This document shows, piece after piece, positions 19,491 to 27,344 of a DNA stretch of 64,000 bases. The notes under the pieces are model-generated. The model worked only from the letters and a program-made list of their open reading frames with translations, ran no database searches and was not told the DNA's origin. Each line of letters starts with the position of its first letter. The first letter of the stretch is position 1. The stretch lies in IMG/VR virus record IMGVR_UViG_3300009499_000001, positions 6,892 through 70,891 of that record; one strand, 5' to 3'. The stretch comes from a virus. Made by a program: the position numbers and the translations under genes.

Positions 19491-19843
19491 CTCATCATCC
19501 CTTCGGCGGCGGGTCAGCGCCCCCGCCGCACAGTTCAGGGCTGGGACTTTTACCCTTGGCGCTGCAAGGTGTCGCTTGTTTTCGGGGCTAAGGTCGCCCA
19601 CGGAGGTCCGCTCCCAGCCAATCGGTTTCAAAGTCAGGGGCGGCTCGCCGGAACGCCCGGCAACGGAACTCTCTCAGGCCCGAAAGTTGCACGGTCTGCC
19701 GCCCCGGATGATTCAGGAAGGGGCGGGTTCCGACTACGAGCCGGCGGCGGTACTGGGATTATGGAAAGCACCTGAGACGCATCTGCCATTGGTCGTGACC
19801 GCCACCCGCCCCATCGTTATTCACTTGTCAAAGCGCTGCCCGG

Positions 19844-19963
19844 TCAGCGAATGATCGGGTTCTCGTCGTGCTTGCCTCGGTAGGCCTCTCGCAGGAAGAA
19901 CGCAACCCAGAACAGGCCGAACGTGATGGCCACGGACAGAAGCCCGCTGATTACGCCAGTCAT
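19844..19963 (-). CDS. Small single-TM peptide (39 aa)
   Basis: MTGVISGLLSVAITFGLFWVAFFLREAYRGKHDENPIIR; ATGA overlap with upstream gene; not in ORF track. Confidence 0.55.
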   Translation of the reverse strand: MTGVISGLLSVAITFGLFWVAFFLREAYRGKHDENPIIR

Positions 19964-21024
19964 TGTGCGGCCTCACCCTTCTCCGCTTCCGGCTCCTGCT
20001 CGCCGGCGGGCTCCTCGTCGCTGGTCTCGTCGGTCGGCTCCTGGCCTTCAGCAACGGCGGTCGGCTGGCAATACTCGGGATGGGTGGCCCAGAACTTGAC
20101 GTAGGCGTCCTCGATCTTCTTCTGGGCCACAGAACCGACGCCCTCGATGTCCTTCGCCCAGAACTTCCCTTTGTCCGCTCGCCAGTCGGCGAAGTCGCCC
20201 AGGGTCCTCAGTGGCGGCTCATGGTCGAGCAGCTTGGTCTGGACGTGCTGAGGGATGCCCAGATGTTCGATCTCGACCTCACGCCAGGCGTCCGCAGCGG
20301 CTTCGGTCTCACCCGGAGTTCCCTTGCACTCGTCCACAGAGAACAGCCGACTTTGGTTGGCCCGGATGTCCGCCAGAATCTCCTGGAGGTCGGCCTGGGC
20401 CACATCACGGGCCTTCTTGGCCGCATCATGGGTTTGCTTCGCGTTCACCTCGTCCGCTGAGGCCCTTTCGACCTTGGCCAAGGCCACGAACAAGTCCTCG
20501 GCCCGGTCGTTTGAGATCAGCGGCTCCTCCCTGTTCTGGTCTGCGGGCTCAACCGACGTGACTTGGTCCTCAGCCGGTGCGTCCGCCGCGTCCGGGGCTT
20601 CCGGCTCAGGTGCATCGCCGTCCACAACCTTCTTCCTTGCCATCGCTCTGTCCTTTCGCTCTTTGATGCCGCCGGGCGGCAGCTCCACGTCGAATACGCC
20701 GCGCTCGCCGATCACGGGGAACGGCTTGATCGCGCGGATGTCCTTCAGGATCCAGGCCTTCGCGTCCCAATAGAAATTGCAGCAGGCAGCCTCCTCGTCG
20801 AAGCGCTCCATGGGCCGGATGCTCACCAGGTCGCAGACCGCCAGAGCTTTCCCCCTCGGCAGCCGGAGACCGTTCTCGTCCTCCACCACAGGCTCGAAGG
20901 TCGAGCAGATCAGCAACGGTCCGCGGTACTTGGTCGCCCAATTCCTGGTCTCGATGGTCTTCTCGCCTTCGGCGATCATCGACGCCCAGGGCTGGTGCAG
21001 GGAGATGGCCTTCATGGTCGTCAT
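19960..21024 (-). CDS. ASCH domain protein fused to an acidic hypothetical domain
   Basis: MKAISLHQPWASMIAEGEKTIETRNWATKYRGPLLI...PFPV.G..GVF is canonical ASCH. Confidence 0.85.
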   Translation of the reverse strand: MTTMKAISLHQPWASMIAEGEKTIETRNWATKYRGPLLICSTFEPVVEDENGLRLPRGKALAVCDLVSIRPMERFDEEAACCNFYWDAKAWILKDIRAIKPFPVIGERGVFDVELPPGGIKERKDRAMARKKVVDGDAPEPEAPDAADAPAEDQVTSVEPADQNREEPLISNDRAEDLFVALAKVERASADEVNAKQTHDAAKKARDVAQADLQEILADIRANQSRLFSVDECKGTPGETEAAADAWREVEIEHLGIPQHVQTKLLDHEPPLRTLGDFADWRADKGKFWAKDIEGVGSVAQKKIEDAYVKFWATHPEYCQPTAVAEGQEPTDETSDEEPAGEQEPEAEKGEAAQ

Positions 21025-21353
21025 CGGTCTCTGGCCCTTCGCAGTTGGTTCTTGATGTACCAAGGGATGTTGTCACAGGCCGCCCGGAAGCGCTTGAAGA
21101 CGTCAGGGCCGTCACATGTTGCGCAAATGAGGAAGTTGGCGATCTTGCCTTGGCCGAAGACCCAGCGGTACGTGTCCCCTTCTCGGAAGGCGTAGCCGCA
21201 GAGGTAGCAGTGGAATTGGTCGTGGCGTCCGTTCCAGGGCAAGTTGAGGATTCTCACACTGACTTCGTGGGGGCGTTGGTCAGTGAAGGCCTGGTTCCGG
21301 TAATGTGAAACCTCGCCCGGATGTCGTCGCGGGTCTGTTGCGACTTCAGTCAT
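21021..21353 (-). CDS. Hypothetical Zn-binding protein
   Basis: FHCYLCG..F..GD.YRW...ICATCDG; ATGA coupling. Confidence 0.6.
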   Translation of the reverse strand: MTEVATDPRRHPGEVSHYRNQAFTDQRPHEVSVRILNLPWNGRHDQFHCYLCGYAFREGDTYRWVFGQGKIANFLICATCDGPDVFKRFRAACDNIPWYIKNQLRRARDR

Positions 21354-21538
21354 CGCCTGTTCTCCACCGCCGCCGCGATGTTCTCGACGGCTTCCTGCTG
21401 CGTTTCCGTGCAGTGCTGCATGCCTTCCACCGTCTCCTTCATCCCTTCGAGGGTGTCTACGGCCCACTCGTAGGCGTCGTCCTCGAGCAGGTCGTCGATC
21501 CGCTCGATCAGCTTTTCCCATTCGCAGTGCTCGCACAT
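21350..21538 (-). CDS. Small acidic hypothetical protein
   Basis: MCEHCEWEKLIERIDDLL...; GAGG RBS, ATGA coupling. Confidence 0.65.
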   Translation of the reverse strand: MCEHCEWEKLIERIDDLLEDDAYEWAVDTLEGMKETVEGMQHCTETQQEAVENIAAAVENRR

Positions 21539-22476
21539 GGTTCCTCAACAAGTCGCGCCGCCAGGGCGATGGCGCCAATCCCGGCGAGCACCAATTTGTC
21601 TCGCGCCCACAGAGCTAGTTTGGTGATCGCTTCGGCTTGCGTGACTTCTTGGCCGTCCTCAAGGCAGTGCTCAAGCGTAAGATGCCTATGGTCAGGGTCT
21701 CCACTCCGACGCGCGTTCCCGTCCCGGTAAACCCACACTGCTTCATGGGCCGAATCCAGACGGTAGAAGGCGTAGGTGTCGGCCCACCCGGGAAAGACAA
21801 AATACCTCGGGAAGGTGCGCTTGGCCGGCTCTGTCTTTTCGGGGAAGAACTCGGCGGGGGCGAGATTGCTGAGAGGGACGCGGTGTAGTGGTCGGCCGTT
21901 GAAGTCCACGATGTACCAGCCAGACCAACTGGCCTCAACAGCTTCGGCCTGGACGACGCCATAGCACGCGTTTGCTGTATCCCACACCCGGTCGCCCTTG
22001 GCGGGCGTCCAGGCTGTGTAGGCCTCCGGCCTGCCGTGCCAGTACATTCCATCTGGGCGCATCACGAACACAGGGCGCTCAACGATCTTGGGGCTACAGG
22101 TCGGGCAGCCCTCTCGGTGTTGAAAGAATTCTTCCTCCGGCACCACGCGGGAAATCTCCGAGGGGCAACTGACCAACCTGACGTAAGTGCCCAGCGGAAA
22201 CTTCGGGGCAGGCGGGCCAGCTTGGATTTGCAGCCGGAGTTGCACCACCTCACCGACGAGCCTCTTGTTCTCTTCCTTGGCCTGGGCGAGCTGGCGGCGG
22301 GCACACCAGAGTTCTTGTAAGACCAAGCCGACATTTAGCGCAAAGGCGTGTGGGGATACGCCCGCCACTTCCATGTTTTCGCTGCGCAGAAGCGCACCAC
22401 AACCGCCATCGGGGGTGGTCCAGGCCGAGGCTACCGGATGGTACTGGCCACAGCCTTTGCATTTCTCATCACTCAT
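21508..22476 (-). CDS. CxxCG + coiled-coil paralog with SH3/KOW-like C-terminal modules
   Basis: MSDEKCKGCG...GCG...WCARRQLAQAKEE; KFPLGTYVRL and KGDRVWD segments. Confidence 0.65.
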   Translation of the reverse strand: MSDEKCKGCGQYHPVASAWTTPDGGCGALLRSENMEVAGVSPHAFALNVGLVLQELWCARRQLAQAKEENKRLVGEVVQLRLQIQAGPPAPKFPLGTYVRLVSCPSEISRVVPEEEFFQHREGCPTCSPKIVERPVFVMRPDGMYWHGRPEAYTAWTPAKGDRVWDTANACYGVVQAEAVEASWSGWYIVDFNGRPLHRVPLSNLAPAEFFPEKTEPAKRTFPRYFVFPGWADTYAFYRLDSAHEAVWVYRDGNARRSGDPDHRHLTLEHCLEDGQEVTQAEAITKLALWARDKLVLAGIGAIALAARLVEEPCASTANGKS

Positions 22477-22922
22477 GGCTTGTCCTCCCCTTGGGCTGGG
22501 GGGTTGAGGGCGGAAAGGATGGCGCGAGCGCAGCAGTGCGGACAAGGCGCGGCATCTGCACACGGAGCGCAGTTGCATTCGTCCAGTTGATACGCCAGCA
22601 AATCCCTAACTGCCTCTACCAGCTTGTGGTGGCTGTTGACGGCGCGGAGGATGAGGCTCCGGCTTGCCGTCGCTTCGTCGGCATCACGAAAGACCGCCGC
22701 GAGCGTGTCTCCCTTTGCGTTGAGAATGACGTGAGGAAACTCGGACTTCTGCCACGGCAACGGCGAATGCTCGCCCTCTACAGGCGGACACACCAGTTGC
22801 AGGGCATCCTGGATGGCGGTGCGAATGATGGGACTCAGTTCCGGGCACTCGCCCTTATCAACGAATCCCTGCCAGAATTCGTCTGCCCGCTTCGCGGCGA
22901 TTTTGTCCAGGACGTCACTCAC
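22473..22922 (-). CDS. Hypothetical phage protein
   Basis: HSPLPW...A..ILRAVNSH.KLVEA motif common in phage early proteins; GTGA coupling. Confidence 0.6.
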   Translation of the reverse strand: MSDVLDKIAAKRADEFWQGFVDKGECPELSPIIRTAIQDALQLVCPPVEGEHSPLPWQKSEFPHVILNAKGDTLAAVFRDADEATASRSLILRAVNSHHKLVEAVRDLLAYQLDECNCAPCADAAPCPHCCARAILSALNPPAQGEDKP

Positions 22923-23473
22923 GCGTCCATCCTCGCAGTGAAGCAACAGTGCAGGTGAAGCGCTTCGCCGTAGTGGTGCAGCTTGAATTCGAGGTCGTCG
23001 TAGTCGAATCTCGCCTGGAGGTGTTCACACCGCTGCGAGTGAGCGCCTTGGCGGACCAGGAAGCCTCTGAGGCCACCGCGGGCGCACAGGATTCGTTCGA
23101 TGAACTCGTCCGTCAGCACCGATCTGCCGATAGCTACCCCGCTGCCGGGCGGCCGTCGCCACAGTCTGACCTCCATGTCGTTGCCGTCCGGTGCGATCGT
23201 CGCGGCAACCGGGATGTGCCAGGTCGGCACCTGAAACTCACAGGGCTGGGAGGCGTGTACGGACAGGATGCGACTGTGTGCGGCCTCCACCAGCGAGCTC
23301 AACGGGGCGCAGTCCATGTCAATGGTCACCTTGGCGCAGCCCTTTCTCTCCAGCAACACCCAGGCGCAGTTGCGGCAGGTGGCCAGAAACGCGTCCAGCG
23401 CCATCTCGTCGGCCGACCGCCGCCGCTCCGGTGTGTGTCGCCGTGCCCGTGTTGTCTGTGCCGTTGTCACCAT
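22919..23473 (-). CDS. Hypothetical protein
   Basis: 184-aa ORF, GAGG RBS. Confidence 0.6.
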   Translation of the reverse strand: MVTTAQTTRARRHTPERRRSADEMALDAFLATCRNCAWVLLERKGCAKVTIDMDCAPLSSLVEAAHSRILSVHASQPCEFQVPTWHIPVAATIAPDGNDMEVRLWRRPPGSGVAIGRSVLTDEFIERILCARGGLRGFLVRQGAHSQRCEHLQARFDYDDLEFKLHHYGEALHLHCCFTARMDA

Positions 23474-23483
23474 GAATCAGTCC

Positions 23484-23819
23484 TCATTTGCGCGTGTCCC
23501 ACTTCAGCCACTTCTCGAAGAAGTCGAGAAGGTCATAGGTGCTCATCTTCCCCTGACCCTTGAATTTGACACCCGCGTTGGCCTTGAGATCGTTGAGTAG
23601 CCGGTCGACACTTTTCTCGCTGATCCCCAACAGCCCAGCGAGCTGCTTCTTCGTGATGCTTACCGGCATCCCCGTCACCAGAATGGCGAACCCGACCACC
23701 AGAGCGAACTTCACATACTCGACCACGCCAAGAAACTCCGGCAGCGACCCCAGAACCTTGCGCAGCACAATATCGTCACGGTCTACCGGCTTGGCCGAAT
23801 GTGCGAGGTTGGGTCTCAT
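23484..23819 (-). CDS. Winged-helix DNA-binding protein
   Basis: ITKKQLAGLLGISEKSVDRLLNDL. Confidence 0.7.
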   Translation of the reverse strand: MRPNLAHSAKPVDRDDIVLRKVLGSLPEFLGVVEYVKFALVVGFAILVTGMPVSITKKQLAGLLGISEKSVDRLLNDLKANAGVKFKGQGKMSTYDLLDFFEKWLKWDTRK

Positions 23820-24256
23820 GCCTGCTTCTTCCCTTCCGCCACCGCCTCTGTCAGGGCCTTGGCGGCTTGGCGCGTGGAGTCAAGCACTGCATCAGCCCTC
23901 TCAATTGCCTTCTCGTTGTCCCAAAGGTCATCATTGGCACAAGCGTTGGCCAGATTGTGTAGCCCGGCGCGCAGTTGTCTGATAGCGGTTCGCAGCTTCT
24001 CGTTCTCTGCCTTGACCTGGCTGAGATGGGCTCCCAGAATCACCGTCATGGTGCGCTCTTCCATCAGGCACAGATCGGTGTGGGCGATCTGCCGACGGAG
24101 GCACTGCGTGGATTCCTCGAAGCAGCGTCTCGTTGGCGGGCAGTGTTCGGGAGTCCACTCCGTTGCCCCGCACATGTAGGACCAATTCCGGAAACCATCT
24201 ATCGTCCCGTCATGCGTTGCCGGGGGAGATCCGCAGCCTGGGCAGTTCTTGGTCAT
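23816..24256 (-). CDS. CxxCG + coiled-coil paralog
   Basis: CPGCG...YMCG...CLRRQIA. Confidence 0.7.
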   Translation of the reverse strand: MTKNCPGCGSPPATHDGTIDGFRNWSYMCGATEWTPEHCPPTRRCFEESTQCLRRQIAHTDLCLMEERTMTVILGAHLSQVKAENEKLRTAIRQLRAGLHNLANACANDDLWDNEKAIERADAVLDSTRQAAKALTEAVAEGKKQA

Positions 24257-25272
24257 GTCTGATCCCCTCCTTCCCCTGCCGGTTCGGCGTGCTGGGCTTT
24301 GGCGGCTTGGGCGGCTTCGGAGACTGGCAAAGATTCCTGCGGCGTTCTCTTACACATCCCGCAGACGGGCAAGTTCGGCCCATTCCAGTGACCGCAGCCG
24401 CAGCACCAGTCATGGCGTGTGTCCACGATGGCCTTGAGCTGTTCTGCCCGTTCAACGATGTTGCCCGGTCCTGCCCACTGATAGCCGAGTTCTCCGCCGC
24501 CGAGGGCCTGCCAGACCTGTCGCAGCAGCACATCGGAGTGGTCGCGGTCTATCTTGATCCCAGCGAGCCGACGTTTCACTTCCGCATACCGTGCGGGAAT
24601 GGCCGCAAGGTGCTTGGCGTGTTCTATCAGCTTGGCATTGGACACGCTCAGGATGCCGGGCTCTGTCAACCCGAACGCTGCTGTCAGTTCGTGGGCAAAG
24701 GCCAGATTCGCCAGCGGCTTGACGATGGGGACCTGCTGGCCGGCCACGTTGACCGTGCCGTCGGTTACCTGGGCGAGTTGTTCCTTGGCCTGGGCGAGCG
24801 CCTGCATGACTTCATCGGCGCGGTCTGTTACCGAGCCAGCCGACGGAACGGTGGCGAAAGTCGTCATGCCGAGTATCTTTTCTGTGCGGTTGACCAACTG
24901 GCCCCAGTCCCGGGCTTCGCATGCGAGGCGCTCGGCCCGCCTCGTCTCTGCACTCAACTGGTACGCAGCGACCTTGTCGCGGCGCTCCAGCTCGCCGACT
25001 CGCTCCTTGGCTTTGGCGACCAGTTCGGGAAGGTCCGAATGCCCCCCGCCCTTGAACCAACCACCCGCGACGGTGATCTCGTCAAGTATCTGTAGCAGTT
25101 CTTCAGCCTGCTTCTCCCGCTGGGCGACCTGGGCGAGGAGGCATTTCTTCGAGGCAACGTAACTCCACGGCTTCCCGTCCTTGCCGTGGCCGGTGATCGT
25201 GGTCCCGCATTCGTAGGTCAGCGGTACGGTCGGCGAAAGATCCTCGCCGCATCCTGGACACTTGGAGATCAT
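24253..25272 (-). CDS. CxxCG + long coiled-coil paralog with C-terminal RanBP2-like Zn finger
   Basis: CPGCG...YECG...CLLAQVA; WCCGCGHWN....VCGMC. Confidence 0.7.
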   Translation of the reverse strand: MISKCPGCGEDLSPTVPLTYECGTTITGHGKDGKPWSYVASKKCLLAQVAQREKQAEELLQILDEITVAGGWFKGGGHSDLPELVAKAKERVGELERRDKVAAYQLSAETRRAERLACEARDWGQLVNRTEKILGMTTFATVPSAGSVTDRADEVMQALAQAKEQLAQVTDGTVNVAGQQVPIVKPLANLAFAHELTAAFGLTEPGILSVSNAKLIEHAKHLAAIPARYAEVKRRLAGIKIDRDHSDVLLRQVWQALGGGELGYQWAGPGNIVERAEQLKAIVDTRHDWCCGCGHWNGPNLPVCGMCKRTPQESLPVSEAAQAAKAQHAEPAGEGGDQT

Positions 25273-25637
25273 GCCGTCTTCCTTCCCGCCCTGGCCTTCC
25301 TGGCCGGGCGCCCCGCCGGCAGACGCTTGCCGGCCCGCTCAAGTTCGTCGGCGGCTGCTGCATCCGCGGCCACCTTCATCAACCGGGTCACATGCTGCAT
25401 GACGCGGGGGTCCCCGCTGGCGAACAGGCGGTGCCACCGGCTGATCTTGTGACGGACCGAGTTCGCGGCCTGGTCGGCCCGGACGCCCCGGGCGATGTAC
25501 GGCGGGGCTAGGTCCTCGACGATCATTTCATCCAGAGTCCCTTGTTTTCGCTTGGCCCGAGGCCCTGCCGTTCCGTGCAGTGCAGCGAGTTCGTCCGTGG
25601 TCCAAGGGGTCTGGCCGTAAGCAGTTGCAACGGCCAT
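25269..25637 (-). CDS. Hypothetical protein (first gene after structured RNA)
   Basis: Start MAVATAYGQ with GGAGG RBS; the ORF-track extension runs through a tRNA. Confidence 0.6.
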   Translation of the reverse strand: MAVATAYGQTPWTTDELAALHGTAGPRAKRKQGTLDEMIVEDLAPPYIARGVRADQAANSVRHKISRWHRLFASGDPRVMQHVTRLMKVAADAAAADELERAGKRLPAGRPARKARAGRKTA

Positions 25638-25649
25638 GGCCTTGTCCTC

Positions 25650-26430
25650 CGGCGCGGGGTTACCCCCACAAGGGGCGTGGGGGTCAGAAATTCGCAGTCG
25701 CGGTGGATCGAGAATCCAGCGTGGGGGTAATGGTTTGCCCGTCACGGTTGATCCAGCTCGCCCGAGAATGGTGCTATGCAGCGACTTGGTAAAGGTCCCG
25801 ACGCCGACCGGATCCTCCGGACGTGCACAGCCGTCCCTGACTCCGGCGTCGGGTGTGCAAACAACAAGCCCTACTCTGGTAGCAAAATGAGGGCTCGCGG
25901 GGTGGCAATGGAAGGAGTTCGCCATGAAATCCAACTGAACATCGCTCGCCCGCGAGCCTGCGGCAATGAACAATGTGCCCTGGTGCCAAGTGGGGGGAGA
26001 CTCAGCACCAGGGCGGTGTACCCAGCTTCCGGGGGAAAAAGCCGGGCTTGCTACTGCCCGCTTGGGGTAAAGCGGGCACGGCATCGGACTCATAATTGCG
26101 GGGGCCGGAGTCGAACCGGCGACCTCCAGGGTATGAACCTGGCGTGCTGGCCGCTGCACCACCCCGCTGTGAATGGCCGAGCGACCGGGAACCTGCCACT
26201 GGTCTGTGAGGCCGCTCGGCCAAGAATGGTTGCCCTGGAGGAGGGAGCCCAGGGCACTACAGAATACGGCCTGCCAGGAGGGAGGGCCGGCCGCTATCCT
26301 CAAAACGGCCCGGTCGGCCGCATGGACCAGACCGGGCGCACAAGAAAGGCAAGAGGACCCGCCGCCACAGCAAGACTCTCGCCGACTTGTCTTTGCGTTG
26401 TGGAAACCCAGAATGGCGGCGGATCTTGTC
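25650..26430 (-). ncRNA. Putative long structured leader/ncRNA (tandem GC-rich hairpins) surrounding tRNA-Met
   Basis: About ten successive inverted repeats (e.g. CCCGACGCCG/CGGCGTCGGG, GCCCTGGTGC/GCACCAGGGC, TGGCCGAGCG/CGCTCGGCCA); no credible ORF. Confidence 0.55.
26096..26168 (-). tRNA. tRNA-Met(CAT), initiator-like
   Basis: AGCGGGG/CCCCGCA acceptor with 1:72 mismatch, anticodon arm CCAGG-TTCATAC-CCTGG, T arm GCCGG-TTCGACT-CCGGC. Confidence 0.9.
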
Positions 26431-26437
26431 ATTGTCC

Positions 26438-26641
26438 CTACCCCGAGAGTCCTGCAACGGCCTCAGCAGCGACTTCCTCGGCTGCCTCCTGGGCGACCTT
26501 GCGGAGGTCCAGGGCCTCGCGAAGGAGAACCCTGACCATCGGAGCGAATTTGCGGTCCTCGGCTTTTGCCAGCCGTTCGACCTTGTTGGCCAGCTTGCCG
26601 GTGACGATCAGGAATTTCGTTTTCTCAGCCTTCTCTGGCAT
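26438..26641 (-). CDS. Ribbon-helix-helix (Arc/CopG-like) regulator, Cro-position
   Basis: KFLIVT..LANKVERLAKAEDRKFAPMVRVLLREAL; first gene of early operon. Confidence 0.75.
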   Translation of the reverse strand: MPEKAEKTKFLIVTGKLANKVERLAKAEDRKFAPMVRVLLREALDLRKVAQEAAEEVAAEAVAGLSG

Positions 26642-26697
26642 TGCTGTTCGTGCCTTTGGGTCGTCAGTTCTAAAAACTTCTGTAACCTTCTTCCATC

Positions 26698-26725
26698 ATC
26701 TTAACACCCAATATCGTCCTGTCAA
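26698..26725 (-). promoter_or_regulatory. Early lytic promoter
   Basis: TTGACA-16 nt-TAAGAT with extended TG, in the AT-rich divergent intergenic region. Confidence 0.7.
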
Positions 26726-26805
26726 CCCCAAAACATGAAAAAAATACGAAAAACTTCTTCTAACTTCGTCGAAGCCCCGTAAAGGTTCCCCGGACAATGT
26801 GTTGC

Positions 26806-27144
26806 ATGGCGAGGTCAAGGATCAAGAGAAGCTACGAAGTGGATGCAGACATCATCGAGGTGTTCGACGCATGGACTCGGCGGAAGGGACTTCAGAAGAA
26901 TGCTGCCGCGCAGCTCGCCCTTTGGGTCGTCATGCGTCTCAGCGGCGCAGTCCGGGATCGTTGTCTCGATGAAATGGACGCTCGGCCTGTTAGCTGGGCC
27001 GATGCACTTTCAGCCGAACGGGACGACATCGCCCAGGCCGTTGGCCAGGCTGCCGAGAAGGCCCTTGAGGAAACCCTGGGCGAACCGGAAGTTCCACCGC
27101 GTAAGGAAGCAGCTTCGCCAGCAAAACCGGCAAAGCCCGCATAG
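26806..27144 (+). CDS. Putative repressor, RHH-like, CI-position
   Basis: KRSYEVDADIIEVFDAWTRRKGLQKNAAAQLAL; divergent from early operon; GACAAT ends 7 nt before ATG with no SD. Confidence 0.65.
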   Translation: MARSRIKRSYEVDADIIEVFDAWTRRKGLQKNAAAQLALWVVMRLSGAVRDRCLDEMDARPVSWADALSAERDDIAQAVGQAAEKALEETLGEPEVPPRKEAASPAKPAKPA

Positions 27145-27307
27145 GCAGCTTGAGTGCGAGCTGGTAGATCATTGCGGCGAGTGCCGCGTGGACGGAAGGA
27201 TCCTCACTGGTGACGACGACGATGTTGGACTGCATTGGGCAACCCCATTACCCTGCTTGCTGGTCGGCCCACTACCCCGTCGCGGGCGGGATTCGCCAGC
27301 CGGGTAC

Positions 27308-27336
27308 ATGTTAGCACATTGTTCGGGTTTTGACAA
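27308..27336 (-). promoter_or_regulatory. Promoter antisense to the repressor gene
   Basis: TTGTCA-17 nt-TAACAT with extended TG on minus strand. Confidence 0.5.
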
Positions 27337-27344
27337 GGGGAAAA

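Noticed and set aside
25638-26432. N-terminal 264 codons of the 387-aa ORF 25269..26432
   Set aside because: Runs through tRNA-Met and a hairpin array with non-protein-like composition; a good SD-led start exists at 25637.
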